In this document: positions 39,250 to 51,669 of the stretch, in pieces
Position numbering within the stretch: position 1 is the stretch's first letter
Layout of the letters: each line of letters begins with the position of its first letter
Source of the DNA: Raillietiella orientalis
Lineage: Eukaryota
NCBI GenBank assembly: GCA_036172245.1
Contig: JAYWIR010000031.1
Location: forward strand, 2,170,001 to 2,234,000
Reading direction: 5' to 3'
Length of the DNA stretch: 64,000 nt
The notes under the pieces: model-generated
What the model was told of the DNA's origin: nothing
The model's input: the letters and a program-made list of their open reading frames with translations, nothing else
Databases searched by the model: none
Made by a program: the position numbers and the translations under genes

Positions 39250-41004
39250 AATGTTCAGCTGCTCATGAAGAAAATAAATGGGGCACTTCAACCCACCTCC
39301 TCCATGTATGCCACTTTGCCCGCGCAAAATGGCACAGAAGAAGTGAGAGGTGAACCTTCTTGAAAAGAAAGGTCTTGCTGATCGGGGAATCGAGACTTTC
39401 CTATTGGGATGGAAACAGCATCCCAGAGAGGAGACGGAAACTCCAAAATCTTTCTTATCTCTTGATGTAGCGGGAATGCACGAGAATGATAGAATCTCTT
39501 TTCCAAAGAAGGAAGAGGAAATGCTGGATGTAAATACCATACTGGATGAAGTTTCCCTTCCATATGAAAAAAGAATTATCCACTTGGAGGAAAGAAGTGG
39601 AGGGGGATGCCTCTAGAATCTTCATTCTAACGTTTGTTTCCAAAGAAGATTTCTTCCCGCTCGTGCATAAAGCAAAGTCGGGTCTCGTGGGCGTGAATGC
39701 GCCTATTTTTAGGACTGTTGGTTGGTAGATGCGCTGTTGGAACACGCTCGTCACTAGACCTACTGAAACAGTCGGTACTGTGAGACTCATGGTCCGGATG
39801 CTGGTTCACAGAGCTGGAAGGTGGAGGCAACAGATCAACTCTTCCGTCTCAGACGGAAAGCATCTGCTCATTCAGGCGAGCGGTCCGCTTGCAGGGAATG
39901 CTGGCGTCCCCGTGTTTTTACTGGATACCGCAGAGGCTGCTCAGAGAAGTGTCATTCGCCGTATCCTTGATCAGAGCTAAAGGAGCATTCCTTTCCTTTT
40001 GATCTTCCGGCTACGCAGAACAGCTCTGTTCTGATGATCACTTCCTATAAGATGATCCCAAAGACCATGCCTGCATCCTTGTGGCAGGGTCAACCAGAAC
40101 CACTGGGCCGTACACACATGGTCGGAAAAGTCTTGATAAACAAACCTAGAAGGAACACAGGTCGTAACTGACCGCAGAGACCTTGAAACGAAGAGACGCA
40201 AACTTGAAAGTTTTGCACCAAAAGACGGTCCGATAGGGTTTCACCTCGGGTGCAGTTAACAAGCGTCACCACTTTCTTGTGAGTTTCCCTCACGAAGTTT
40301 CTGTGACCTTTTGACTCATTATGTACCTCGGTTAAGCGACCGACACAACAGCGAGAAAGAATCATGCTGGTGCATTGGGGTTTCCACACCAACCAGCGGA
40401 CGAACCGTGTTTCCGGGGGAGTTGTCTCCCCAAACTGTAAGCGGTGCGGGGAAGTGGAAACGCTCCCGCACCTGCTCCTGGACTGCGGTGCCCTTCTAGG
40501 ACTCTGGCGGAGGCTGGCCTCAGCTCTCCTGCACCAGGGGGACACCGCGAGGGACCTGATGCGCCGTTTCTTCACGCCAGGCGGCCTGTCTTTGGGTGCT
40601 GTCGTTGCAACCGTGTGTTGCACCCACGCCATCCACAAGGCCCACCGAGAGTTGGAGAAGCTGGCCATCCTTCGTCAGCCCACCGGATTAGCCAGCACAA
40701 GCATGTCGTCGGCTGCCGAGTGGGCCCACCTACCAGAGAGCGTGAGGAGAGAGATCGCCGGCATCCATCGCCGGTTTTGAAATGAAGGAACGGACTCACC
40801 AAAGACCCCTGTCCCCTGCCCACCATATTTTCATTTTTATTTTTTATAGTAGTCTATTTGTGGTCTCCTCCCTCCCGTTCCGGACTTTCGCCATACCGAC
40901 CTGCGTGTCGGGGATCCCACCCCCTTCGTCTCTTGTTTTCCCCTTTGTCCAGGAACTCTGTTCCCGGATAGTTTTTTTAATAAACGCCCCAGAGCACCCG
41001 GGTG
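39250..41004 (+). mobile_element. L1/Tx1-like non-LTR retrotransposon, degenerate 3' part with zf-RVT-type CCHC finger and 3' UTR
   Basis: SPNCKRCGEVETLPHLLLDC...LW (finger at 40436..40486), a T-rich UTR, and the AATAAACGCCCC terminus. The 5' limit is approximate. Confidence 0.8.
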
Positions 41005-41449
41005 ATAAACAGCGAGAAAGAACACTCACGATCGATTTATGCCTGACAAAGGGTCCCTGATGCAAACACGGATCAGTAATAGACGGCTGCTGAAATTCTT
41101 GAGAAGATATTACGACCTTGCAAGGAATTCAGGACCTTACAAGTCAAGAAAAAATGATTTCTTTACGTACGCGATTGCGTCCTTAGTGAGTGTGGCTCTC
41201 TGCGCTGCTGAAACCAGGAATGCAAGTGATCCGCCTGCTTGGATAAGAGTGCAAACGTTCACTACTGGTAGCCTAGTTCACAATGGTGAGGAAACAGAGG
41301 AATATATCCTTAAGGTGTCTCAACTACCTATTCGGAAGGTGGAGAGGGGACAGGTTTTTCTGGATGGTAGCCGAGGAATCTTCACGAGTGCTCCGAGAGA
41401 TTCCCAGATGACCCTCTCCCTTTCCGTTCTCTTTCAACGAGAAAGATAA

Positions 41450-43860
41450 GCTTCAACATGTGCTTCCCCGGACTTCTTGAGGCAAGCAGGGCGGTGTCCA
41501 TGGAAGTCGAGGTTCTCTAAAGAGTGCGCGACAACTCTCCTGCCGACAGAACTGGCCCTGAAAATGGACAGCGTTCGAGCATCCACATGACCAGCTGGAG
41601 GAAGAATTCCAGAAAACGAGTGGTAGCCTGCCAGCATCAGTTGTCTCTCCAATACAGGAGCAAGGATGCTGTAGCGAACCGGAAAATTAACGTAGCGGTA
41701 TGGTCTCTTTGAGGGGACGGTCAAAATGGGAAAGGCAAAAATCTTGAAAGCGTAGACTTCGATTCGCAATTTCAGCTACCTCACGGACATTTCCAAACAT
41801 GAAGACATTTGTCAGCATAGGACGAATTCGTCTTATGGATTCGTAATCAGCATCAAGGAAGCAATGATGGCTCGCAAAAGTCTTTGTTTGAAGAAGAAAC
41901 TGTTCCAAGTGCTCAGCACGGTTCGGAATTTTAGCATTCATCATAGCAAATGACTGTGGAATTTAGGTTTTCTACAAAAAGCTGCCTGCCGGATCTCAGG
42001 AAGGAGAATGCTCTAGGCAAGCAATCGATTTTCATGAACCTTGGCTTCACGAAACTCAATTACATCCTCCATGGAATACTAGGGAAGAACGTCTTCCCAA
42101 GAGTTCGGCTGTCGAACTGAAATGGAAAAGAAAATTCCTTAGAAGGTACCTGGTAGTCGTTATATACCACCAATGCGTTCTCATCACGCATGTGATCTTT
42201 CAGAGTAAAGGTTCAATAAAGCCATCGAGAAAGGATTTTTGCCTAAAAGTCCAGTCGAAACGTTCTTCACGAAAATTTGAGAGCTGAAGTTTCCAATGTT
42301 CCGATGACTCCCAGTACTCAGCTTCTTAGCTGGAGATTAGGCTTCTAATTCTAATGATGATTCGAAAGATGACTTCAAGAACACCTCGTGATTCCTGTGA
42401 AACGCTTGAGGATTAACTAACTATCTTGCAACAGATCTCATAATCCAGCAACTTCAGTGACGGAGTGATCCTTGGCGGCGGCTAGCCGTATGGCACTTGG
42501 CACCTTGTGCTGCATGAAATTCTATTTTCTACTATTCTTGTAAAGGAACGTCAGTAGAAAGGTGCATCGTGGAAAAGAAGTGACGCGATCATGAAGAATA
42601 AGTTGAAGAAACGAGAAAGCAAATCGCACGAAGGAGGAGGACGGTCACGGGGAGATCCAAGCGCTTTGTGTGTGTTAACGTGTCTGGGATATCTTGTGAA
42701 TCTGTGGTCTTTGGTATTTCTCTTTCCGCATACCCACCTATTTCTTCTGAATGGAGATCCAAACCGGAATGAAGCAGAACAACTTCCGCGCTCGTGGTCA
42801 GATTCCTGCCGATTCCTTCCTCTACTTGATGAGCTTTCATCTCCTTCCTTTCTTCCCTTCTCCCAACTTTTCCTTTATTAAGTTAATCGGGTGTCTTCGA
42901 ATAGGTTAGGCGATGCTCGTTCCGCGTTGGGAGGACTTTTCATTAGAATCAGTGGGGGCACCTCTTGACAGCACCTCCACCTATCCAATTTCGGATCCTC
43001 TGCCCCTGGAGGTTCGAACCCACCATCTCCGTTAAGATGCGCTCCGCTTCGGAGTCTCCGATTCCTTCGACAGTGCGTCGTTTGCCCGATCCGGATCATC
43101 CCCTACGACGAACGCTCCTGCTGGTGCCAACGTTCCTTACGAGGGATAGTGGCAAGCCGGTCCTCGATGTCCTGCCTCTTCCGGAGCAGTTGCTGAATGC
43201 GCATAAGAGCAAGTGCCGTCCAGCATGATGACCTTCCTTTCGCCGTGGAGCACCGGCTCTGGCTTCGCATTCTTCTCCCTGGGCAGGATGAATAGGGGGT
43301 CACCGATTCCGAGCGTTTCGGGTCCGCCCCCTCGATCTGCGTTGCCAGTCTGTGGGCAAGCCTGGTTTTGTTGCCGACACTGTGGCTGAAGATGTGTCCT
43401 AGGGATTCCTCCCAAACCACACGAACCTCTTGCGTATGAGATCGCAGCCATCCCCGGTGAACGATACCAGCGAGCGCAGGTTAAGTCAAGCCACGTGTAC
43501 AAAGCCGACCCCGGGAACGGGCTCTGAGAATTTTCTGAGGATGGTTCCGCAAGCCACCACACGAGACTATGCCTCATCAGTCGTGGGTCTTGTTTTCTTA
43601 GCTGGACTTCTCCGGTGTACAGTCGCTGAGACCAAAAAAAGACACAAGACTGGTGCGTAGGTGATGTTTTGGACTTCTGTGGAAGCTGCCTATTGGAACC
43701 CCAGTCAGGAGACAGTTGTCCATTCCCCTGTTAGCAGGAGGTGACAGTGCATTCCCTATTTTCATGTGACCTTCGATGTTTCTCTCCACAGTAAACGGAA
43801 TGTTTCTGCGAACGAAACTGAGGTCGATCCACCGCTCTTCGCAGGCAGCCATCCTTCCGA
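41450..43860 (-). mobile_element. Decayed L1/Tx1-like ORF2 (endonuclease to RT)
   Basis: Ordered, frameshifted remnants: VWEESLGHIFSHSVGNKTRL (EN), GSPRDRPPP..LLSRFF (SPGPDG region), PSLKLLDYEICCKIV (RPISLLNxDYKILAK) and LLNLYS..FSISVRQ. Confidence 0.6.
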
Positions 43861-45291
43861 CCACACCTCCTTTTTTTTTTTTTTTTAGAAAATCTTCACC
43901 CTAAGTAGATTTTAAGTTTCCAGATTTTTTCAAGGTTTCTAAAGGAACAGTTGTCATGGAATCAAAATGGCCAGGTACGCCCAGGTGATCCTTGACTCTT
44001 GAAGCAAACACCGGTGACCTCTGCAAATGATCTGCCACGGACACATTGCGGCACACCGTGGCGTTCGGAGCGAAACGCGGGGGGGTCCCAGGATCCCGTT
44101 CCCTATTGAAGCAGAACGACCGGGGAACGCCGTCTTCGGGTATTCCCCGGTCTCCTGAATTCCTCGACAGCGCGAGTCACTGTATTCACTTCCTCGAGGC
44201 AGTAACGAGGGAGATTTCCTACCGCCTACTGCCCGCTACCACTGCCTTGTGGGGGGGAGTCCGTTAGCGAGGAGGCACAACCCGAGATGCGCGCGCAGGA
44301 CCACTCGCGGAGTCACGCGCGGAATCTTTTCGCCCACCTCGTCGATTCATTTCCACTCCCGCGCGCCTGTCGGATATCCTTCCGCCTTGACCCCCCCTTC
44401 CCTTCCCCTTTCTTCCCAACCGCAATTCCTCGCGACATGGACTCCTCGCGTTTTCGGAAAGCGTCGGAAAGAGGCGCGCCCCCGTCTTCCGGGAGGAAGG
44501 GAAAGAAGAAAAAAAAAAGAATGAGGGATCCTGGGCTTCGCAGCTTTGCGACGCTCTGAATGTGACCCCCCTGAATGACACGGAATTCGAGTCCATGGTC
44601 GCGCGCTTAATCCTCCCGCCTTCTCCGGCTCGCGCTTGTTCCACCATAAATCAGCAGAAGGGGAGGAAGGTTCTGGGTTGCCTCCTCCTTGCTAGAAGAA
44701 AGGAATGACTGAAAGAAAAGAAGTGGAAGGGCCCTTTTTTCAGTTTTTTTTTTTTTTTTTTTAAAAAAAGGGCCTCGAGACAGGAGCGTTTGATTCGAAC
44801 CAGAAACTCTCTTTGGGTCGCGCGAGCTTCCCAGAGAGATTCGGGTCTCGAAGCCGAAGCGTTCCGCCGGAAATTCGTCCTCTCCGCATTCCCGGATGGG
44901 AAGGCACGCACCGCTTATCAAGGAGACAGACTTCCCCGGGAGAGGCTTTCCCGGCTCTTTCAAGGAAGCCAAGCAGCTTTTCTGAGAATGGGATCATTTT
45001 TAACTGTCACAGCCTCCCGCACGAGATTCCCGAAGGTCTCGTTTTTCTTCCCCCAAGGGTCGCCGCTTCGACTGAAGGGTCTCAACAAGTTTCCCTTTCT
45101 CGTCCCCTGAGACAAACCAAACCGAGACAAACAAAACCGAGGATCGCTCAGGAGACGACGTTGTGGGCAGTGCGGGCAAAAAACAAAAAAACCTTCGGGG
45201 TTTCTCTGGCGCGACAGCGTGAGTTCCCTTTCTCTGAGGCGCGCCGCGAGGCCGGGTGGCGAGGGTTGGCCGGACGAGGCGATGCTGCAGA

Positions 45292-45866
45292 GGTGCTGCA
45301 TGCTGACCCCTGCGGAGCGCTCTCCGACCTGATGCTGTGCGGAACACCTCGCCGCTTTTTCATGGCACTAGAGCTCCCCCCCTTCGTGCCACCGTTCCTT
45401 CCCTCTCGCCAGCCCGAGACTGAGCCAAATCCTCCCTATTCGACCTGCACGGGTCGAATAGGGAGGATCCGTCCGAAAGCGGGCAGTAAGCCGAACCGGT
45501 CCGCTCCCTCATGCGAACTGCTAATTTCCGGGAAGTCCTGGGTTGCCCCTAGCTATCCACGTGCGACAGAGTTCGGAATGCCCCGCCATCAGCCAGTGAC
45601 GTCACGGAAGGGCGCGGCTCAGGAATGTTCCCCGAGAGGACCGCCCTCGTGGCGCCGCGCGCGTAGAGGCTGTGAGGTCTCGCAGATGCAACCGCGAAGG
45701 CCGCTCCGCTCCGAGTCCGACTGAAACGACGACGAGACGGATTTCCGGGAAGATCCGTCAGAGTGCTTGCTTAGCCGGATGAGCGGTGCTGCAGGCTGAC
45801 CTCTGCCGAGCGCTCTCCGACCTGATGCTGCGCGGCTGCCTTCTCACGGCGTTGAAGTCCCCCTTC
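45292..45866 (+). repeat. Direct repeat ~85-90 bp x2 (45292..45385 and 45785..45866)
   Basis: Shared core GAGCGCTCTCCGACCTGATGCTG with flanking similarity. Confidence 0.85.
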
Positions 45867-46304
45867 CCCCCGCCCCCCGGGAGTGCCTCCAGCGAATCTC
45901 TCGTTTCTTTCGCGGTGGAGCCTTTCGTTTTCGCCTCCTTGAACAGCGGCTTTCATCTCTGCGCCGATATGCCTCCCTGCCTCGTCTGCGATCAGCTGGC
46001 TGCTCCCGGATCCCTGGATCCCCGGAGGGGCTGGGAGGAAGAGAAACTATCCTTGCTCTGCTTCCGTTCTCCGCTGCGTCCGGTAGCACTGGCGGGCGGT
46101 TCCGCTTACCGTCTACCGAGGCCGGACGAGAGGGGTCTTTACTCACGAAGGGAGGGAAGCACAGAGCTCTTTGACGCGGTCCACGCCACCCGAGGGTGCG
46201 TCTACCTCTTCCAGTTGTAGGGGGAAATCCGAAGAGGAGGAGAAGGAGAAGAGGGGAGGAGGAAAAAAAGAAAAGGAGAAGGGACTATCTTATAAAGCCA
46301 GCTA

Positions 46305-46803
46305 GGGCTCCAGAGAAAGGAGTCCGTTCCTCTTCCTCTTACCCTGAATTGAACCCTCGCCCTGATTGTCCTCGAAGGGGACCCCAAGGGGAGCCACCTC
46401 TTCCTTATTCTCTCCGAAGGGACCCCTCAGAGGTGGGGGACGCTCCTCATGTTCTCCTCCGAAGGAAACTCGGAAAGGAACCTCTCCTGGATTTCTTTTT
46501 CAGAGAAAATCCTCAAGGGAACCGCTACTTGGTGTTTCTCTGAAGAAAACCCCGAAGGGACGCTTCCCAGTTTCTATGAAGGGTCGCTCTCCGAAGGGAG
46601 CAGCTCGCTTTTGACACCCTGGAGCTGGTTGATACCCTGGGGGAGGGTATCAACCAACTCCATTGTACGCGATGGGCGACTCCATCCTCACAACCGGAGG
46701 GGAATGCCGAAACCTCCTTGATTCCTGGAAGAACCCCAGCAGGTCTACCTCCAATCCCGGACAGTCAACGGAGAGGCATCCGGTTTCCGGCTTCCGCCAG
46801 TGC
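46305..46803 (-). mobile_element. tRNA-derived SINE, copy 3, body portion
   Basis: Shares GGAGTCCGTTCCTCTT, the tandem units and CTCCTTGATTCCTGGA with copies 1 and 2; stops at CCAGTGC. Confidence 0.75.
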
Positions 46804-48300
46804 TGGAACGGGCCGCGGTGTGAAACACGTGGGGCTTTCTCCTTCTCCCCTTGCTTTTTGTTTGCTCCCCGCCATGTAGCATCAGAAAGTGGACGAAGGA
46901 CCTTCTACGGATCGTCCCCTGGGGCAAAGAGAGGCCCTGAGTCCGCCTCAAGGACTCGTGTACTCCGCGCCGGGACCGCAGCCTAGGTCTTCTGGAGCGG
47001 ATGGAGCTGCAGCTCCGATTTCGAACACTGTTCCTCGCGGAAAAATTATGGAGCACCACCTGGTGCCAACTGCACGTCTTCTCGTTCAGCAAGCCACCGG
47101 AAGCGAGGGGCTCGCGTCCTTCCTTGCGCACCGTCCATGCAGTCTCATCCACGGTGGACTGCACCTGCGGCAGGTGGCCACGCTTGCGAGAAGAAACGGT
47201 TGGATCTCGTACCTCCCGCGAACGGTAGTGCCTGGTTGCAGGGAACTGGTCGTACGTGGAGGAGGATCCAGGAACCAAGTGCAAAACAGGTGCGACGTTT
47301 CCTGTACACGCTCACCAACAACTGCACGCTCCGGGAGATCCTGGAAGATCCCGTGAAGATTGCATAGGCGAGCAGAACCTCCCTCGCCGCCTCCCTGCCC
47401 TCCTTAGGGAACACTTGGAGAGCAGCCTTACGGCTAGATTAGAGGTTACTGTGGAAACCTCCGGAAGGAGGAAAGGACTGAGCGAGGGTCGCGGCAAGGC
47501 GTCCCCAATGGGGTCGGAGGCAACAATGCCCGTGTCCATTGATGCCGACGGCCGTTGCACGGGAAGCCCCAGCTGCAGCAGCATCAATGACGATTCCTGC
47601 CACTTCAAGGGGAGGGTGAGGGTGTTCATGAGCACCGTGGGTCACTGCGCGTCTTCATCCGGAATCTCCAGTAGCAAGCCCCAGCGCAAAAGTCCACGAG
47701 GTCGAGCACTCGGGGTCGCAGCGTTAGTGAGCTGGCCCAGTCCTTTCCTCCTTCCGGAGGTTTCCACAGTAACCTCCCATCTAGCCGTAAGACTGCTCTC
47801 CAAGTGTTTCATAAGGGAGGGCAGCAAGGCGGCAACACCAGAGACGTTATAGAGCACCTCTTCCTGCGCGACGCTCTCACGCCGGCCGCATCCTCAGCAT
47901 CACTTTGCTGCCCACCGAAGGGACCTTGGCGGCATGGAGCAACGCCAGAGGAGACCGGAATGACAGGGACGCCATCTAATTTGCTGTCATCTTCATGAGG
48001 AGAGCGTCAAGATGGCCCCACCTGGGAGCCTCGAAACAGGAACTTGCCGGCATCCTTACAAGAATGCAGAGGACATCCTCCAGCATCCAGTGATCCCTTC
48101 CCAAACTCCCTAGGTTTTCCTTTTTTTTTTTCTTTTTGTTTGTCTCCCCTTTCCCTGTACTGCCAAGGCGAACCTTGCTGACCTGCGTGCCAGTTCCTGG
48201 CAGGTTTCTTCTCGTATTTATAAGTAACGTGGCAGGATTAAACGTCCTATCACAGACATGTATGTTTATTTTTTTTATAAATAAACGCCCCGGGTGTCAA
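46804..48300 (+). mobile_element. 5'-truncated L1/Tx1-like element with internal inversion, nested in SINE copy 3
   Basis: The tail (HLFLRDALTPAASSASLCC...ELAGILTRMQR) matches the copies at 40.6 kb and 50.7 kb and ends AATAAACGCCCCGG (48280..48293). The block 47481..47833 reads as the same family on the minus strand. Confidence 0.7.
47386..47833. repeat. Inverted repeat, ~95-bp arms (47386..47480 / 47738..47833)
   Basis: Arms are about 90% reverse-complementary with a 257-bp spacer. Confidence 0.95.
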
Positions 48301-48472
48301 CCGGTGCCACACTCCAACATAGGCCAACCAACGTCATCACCCTGCAGGAAGGAGAGGGGGACTCGAAACCCACGGCGCACCTGTTTCTCGGCATCAATCT
48401 TTCCCCCGAGTGGAATTCGAACCCTCAAAGTTCGGTGTCGCGAGGAGATCTCAGCCACAAGGCCTCCAGCCC
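48301..48472 (-). mobile_element. tRNA-derived SINE, copy 3, head portion
   Basis: Resumes the SINE consensus at CCGGTGC...GGCCAACC...GGGACTCGAAACCCACG; B-box-like GGTTCGAATTC at 48423..48413. Confidence 0.7.
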
Positions 48473-50099
48473 GAGACTCGACCTTCGCGAAATCCCAGCA
48501 AGAAGCTGCAAATCCAATAGAAAAGGGAGGACCGTGGCGGGAGAAGGGACATGGTAAAATGCGGACTAAAATCTTGGGAGCAAACCTCACGAGACCTTTC
48601 CACTCGTCCCGACCCGCCTCGCTTCCTGAGCAGCCTCGCGTCTTCTGCTTGGACAGGGACCGCACGTTGCTAGCCTGAGGCGTTGCGGAGCAACCCCGAG
48701 TAGCCCCCCCTTCCTCGCCACAGGGGTATCAGGAGAGGGAGAACCAAAACTGACCACCGTGAGTCAACGGAAGGCTAGGTGAGGATACCCCGTGGTGCTG
48801 GTCGAGGTCTCTGAGCAGACGACCGCGGAAGACTAAGGATACCAACCTACAGAGAGATCCGGTCCAGATCTGATCAGCGGGGCGGAAAGTTGGAAGGAGA
48901 GCGAGAAAAAGTCTGCACATCACATTTAAGCCAACCAGCAAAAAATAAAAAAAGTCAGTTTCGGAAGGGCCCGAACTGTTGAGACAGAGGTGGTCATAAC
49001 GAGCGAGAGCTCAGCACGCGCAACGGAGTATCCGAGCTGCGGTGAAGCTCTTGCTGCGTGAAAGGGCGGAAGAAACGAGTTTTTTCTTTCTTCCTTGGTC
49101 TATAACTCCGGGAAACTGGTTGATCACCTCCAGGAAACGGAATCAGGTGGTTTCTCATCTACCGCTCTCAAGTGATCCACCGAACCTCTTGAAGCATCTG
49201 TCCCCTCCTCTTCCACCTCTCAGAGCAAGGGTTGGCAGTCCTCGACTTCAAGAGTCTCGCATGGTAGCATGCTTGCTGGAAAACCCCTTTCCAGAAGTCA
49301 TTCCAGAGCTTCCTCAGCTCCCCTTTCGAAAGGTGCTCCTCTTCCCTCTCTTCGCTTACCTCGAGACCTTCTCCCGTTCATGTTACAGGCTTCGAAAGTG
49401 GCTCCCGTGAGAACTCAGTCACAGCAGAGGACGATGCTCTACGCAACGTGAGGATCGTGCAAGCTCCGGAGAAGATGAGCACGGTGGTCCACGGATGGGA
49501 TGCGCATCCAGACGACCCACTATTCACATGTAGTTTCCCTTGAAGCGTCCTTATGGTCAACGCAGGAAGCCGGAGCACGCATTCCTTGAACATGGATTTC
49601 GATGACTCCATCCAGGCACCCCGATGTTTTCAAGCTGGGATGAGTAGTTAGAGGGTTCAAAGTGATCCTCCTACGTCCTGCACATCCTTGCGGCGGATCC
49701 TTCTGGTTCCTTCCGATCCTCGATCGCACTCCCCTGGTAAACAAACGTTTTGCCTTTCCGGAAGCTGACTGGCCGGGTGATGGTTCCAGTGCTAAAGGGA
49801 TTGCTGCTGCCTCGGGGCCGATCGTGGTTGAAACAGGTCCCCAGCCAGCTCCAAGCACGTCTTCCTCCTTGATTAGAGAAAATGTTCCCGGCGCATGTTT
49901 CCGCGGGAGCCATCTTGATCCAAGAATTTCCTCCTCCTTTCTGCAGCACAAACGTCCTCTCTTCCGCCTTCTGCTAGTAATGATCTCATCTCGAAACCGA
50001 CATCCTGTTTCACCATCCCATCCACTGTTATGCCACGTTCACGGCCGCGCCACACTGAAAGCATCGCTTCTCATTCGATCGGCGAGATTAAGCAGCGTC

Positions 50100-50400
50100 G
50101 CACCCAGTTAGCACTTGGATGGGCGATCGTATGGGAATCCTGGTGCTGTGAACGTCCCTTTTGAACTAGGAATTCCAATGCAATCAACGTGGTCACTTGG
50201 TTTCCGGGGAGAGGGGGAGATGTCTCCTCCAACTGTGTAAGGCGGTCGAATCGTTCTCGCACCTCCAGCTGGACTGTGGTGCCCTCGCGGACATGTGGCG
50301 GATACCAGCCTCGGCAGTCCTCCACCCTAAGGGCATCGCTTCGGACTTGCTGCGGAGGTTTTCCACGCAAGATGGGCTCCATGCAGGTGCCATGATTTCA
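50100..50400 (+). mobile_element. L1/Tx1-like zinc-finger fragment
   Basis: CKAVESFSHLQLDCGALADMWRI..DLLRRF is clearly homologous to 40405..40610 at DNA and protein level. Confidence 0.75.
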
Positions 50401-51250
50401 CACACAGGAGCGCCGGGGCGTTTATTCTCTTACAAGAATCGATGGAGCCGATGGTCCACCAATTCCAATTATTACACTAGAAAGAAGGGGGGGAGGGAGG
50501 CGGAGAGGTCCATCACGTCCACGAAGGGGAAGAGGAATGAAACAAAAATAGAAAATGAAAACAAACTATACAGCAAAAACAAAAATTAATTGGGGGGAAG
50601 GGAAGGGGCCATATTTCGTGATGGGCGAGACCTCTGCATCCGTTGAAGGATGCCTGTGAGCTCCTCCTTCTCCCTTTCCAGGTGGGGTCATCTGAAAGCT
50701 ATCTGCAGGAAGCGGATGGCATGCAGGACAGTCCCCCTGCCACTCTGACCTCCCTCGGCGCACTTCTCCACGACGACACCGCACGCAGCACAGAGCTGCG
50801 ATTGCGACTGCGGGCGTCATGGCGTCCCACACGAAGAGGGGCCTCAAGGAGTTTCTGGGATCGCCCACGGCTGGGAAAGGGACGCGGAGAAACTTTCCCA
50901 CAGTTCCCGGAAGGCGACGCACTGCATCATGAGGTGGGGAAGGTCTCTTTCTCGCCACACCTGGCACAGTTCGGTGATGCACTTCCCCTCGTCCAGTGGT
51001 GCCGCTGCTCATTGCACGGGAGACCTCAGTGAAGTATCAGTAGCTCCGATTGCTGCCAATTGAGGGGAAGTAGTTTTCTGTCTATAAACACGGGGGGCAC
51101 TTCCAACTCTTCGGGTGCCGTAATTGCAACGAGATGCTGCATCCGCGCCACCGTCGCATCCCGCTCCGTGATGGGATCTCGTTCGCAGCGAAGGGAGGGC
51201 GCCCGAATGGCAGCCGCCTTGATGAGGACGGCTACGAGGTGGCCTCATCC
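50401..51250 (-). mobile_element. L1/Tx1-like 3' end (zinc finger, UTR, terminal motif)
   Basis: WQQSELLILH*GLPCNEQRHHWTRGSASPNCARCGEKET/HLMMQC..LW; ends AATAAACGCCCCGGCG at 50426..50411. Confidence 0.75.
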
Positions 51251-51669
51251 TCAGAAATCTCTGAGGACATCCCCGGCATTCAGCACCAACTCTAGTAAGA
51301 AAGGAGCAGCTGCAACTAAAGACCCCGTTCCCCTACTCTTCACCTCCGTTCCGCAACACGAACGCCACCTTCTGCTCCAAATTAACCCACTCCGAAACCG
51401 ACATCCTGTTCCACCATCCCATCCACTGCTATTCCACGCTCACTACCACACCACGCAGAAACCACTGCCTCTCGTTCATTCGGCGAAATTCCTGCCCTCC
51501 CGCCTTTTTTCCTTCATTTATTGTCCCCTTCCTACCACTCCTGACTCCCTTAGAAGCCGGTCTGAGGACTGGTGGTCATCCCGAGCGGACTTTTTTTTTT
51601 TGCAACTAAATTGTGATTCATTTATTTTTAGATAAGCGTCCCGGCGTGACTGGGTAAGGAATTCAACGT

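Larger units (their letters stand above)
49990..51490 (+). repeat. Diverged direct repeat ~100 bp (49990..50090 and 51391..51490)
   Basis: Shared CGAAACCGACATCCTGTT(T/C)CACCATCCCATCCACTG. Confidence 0.85.
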
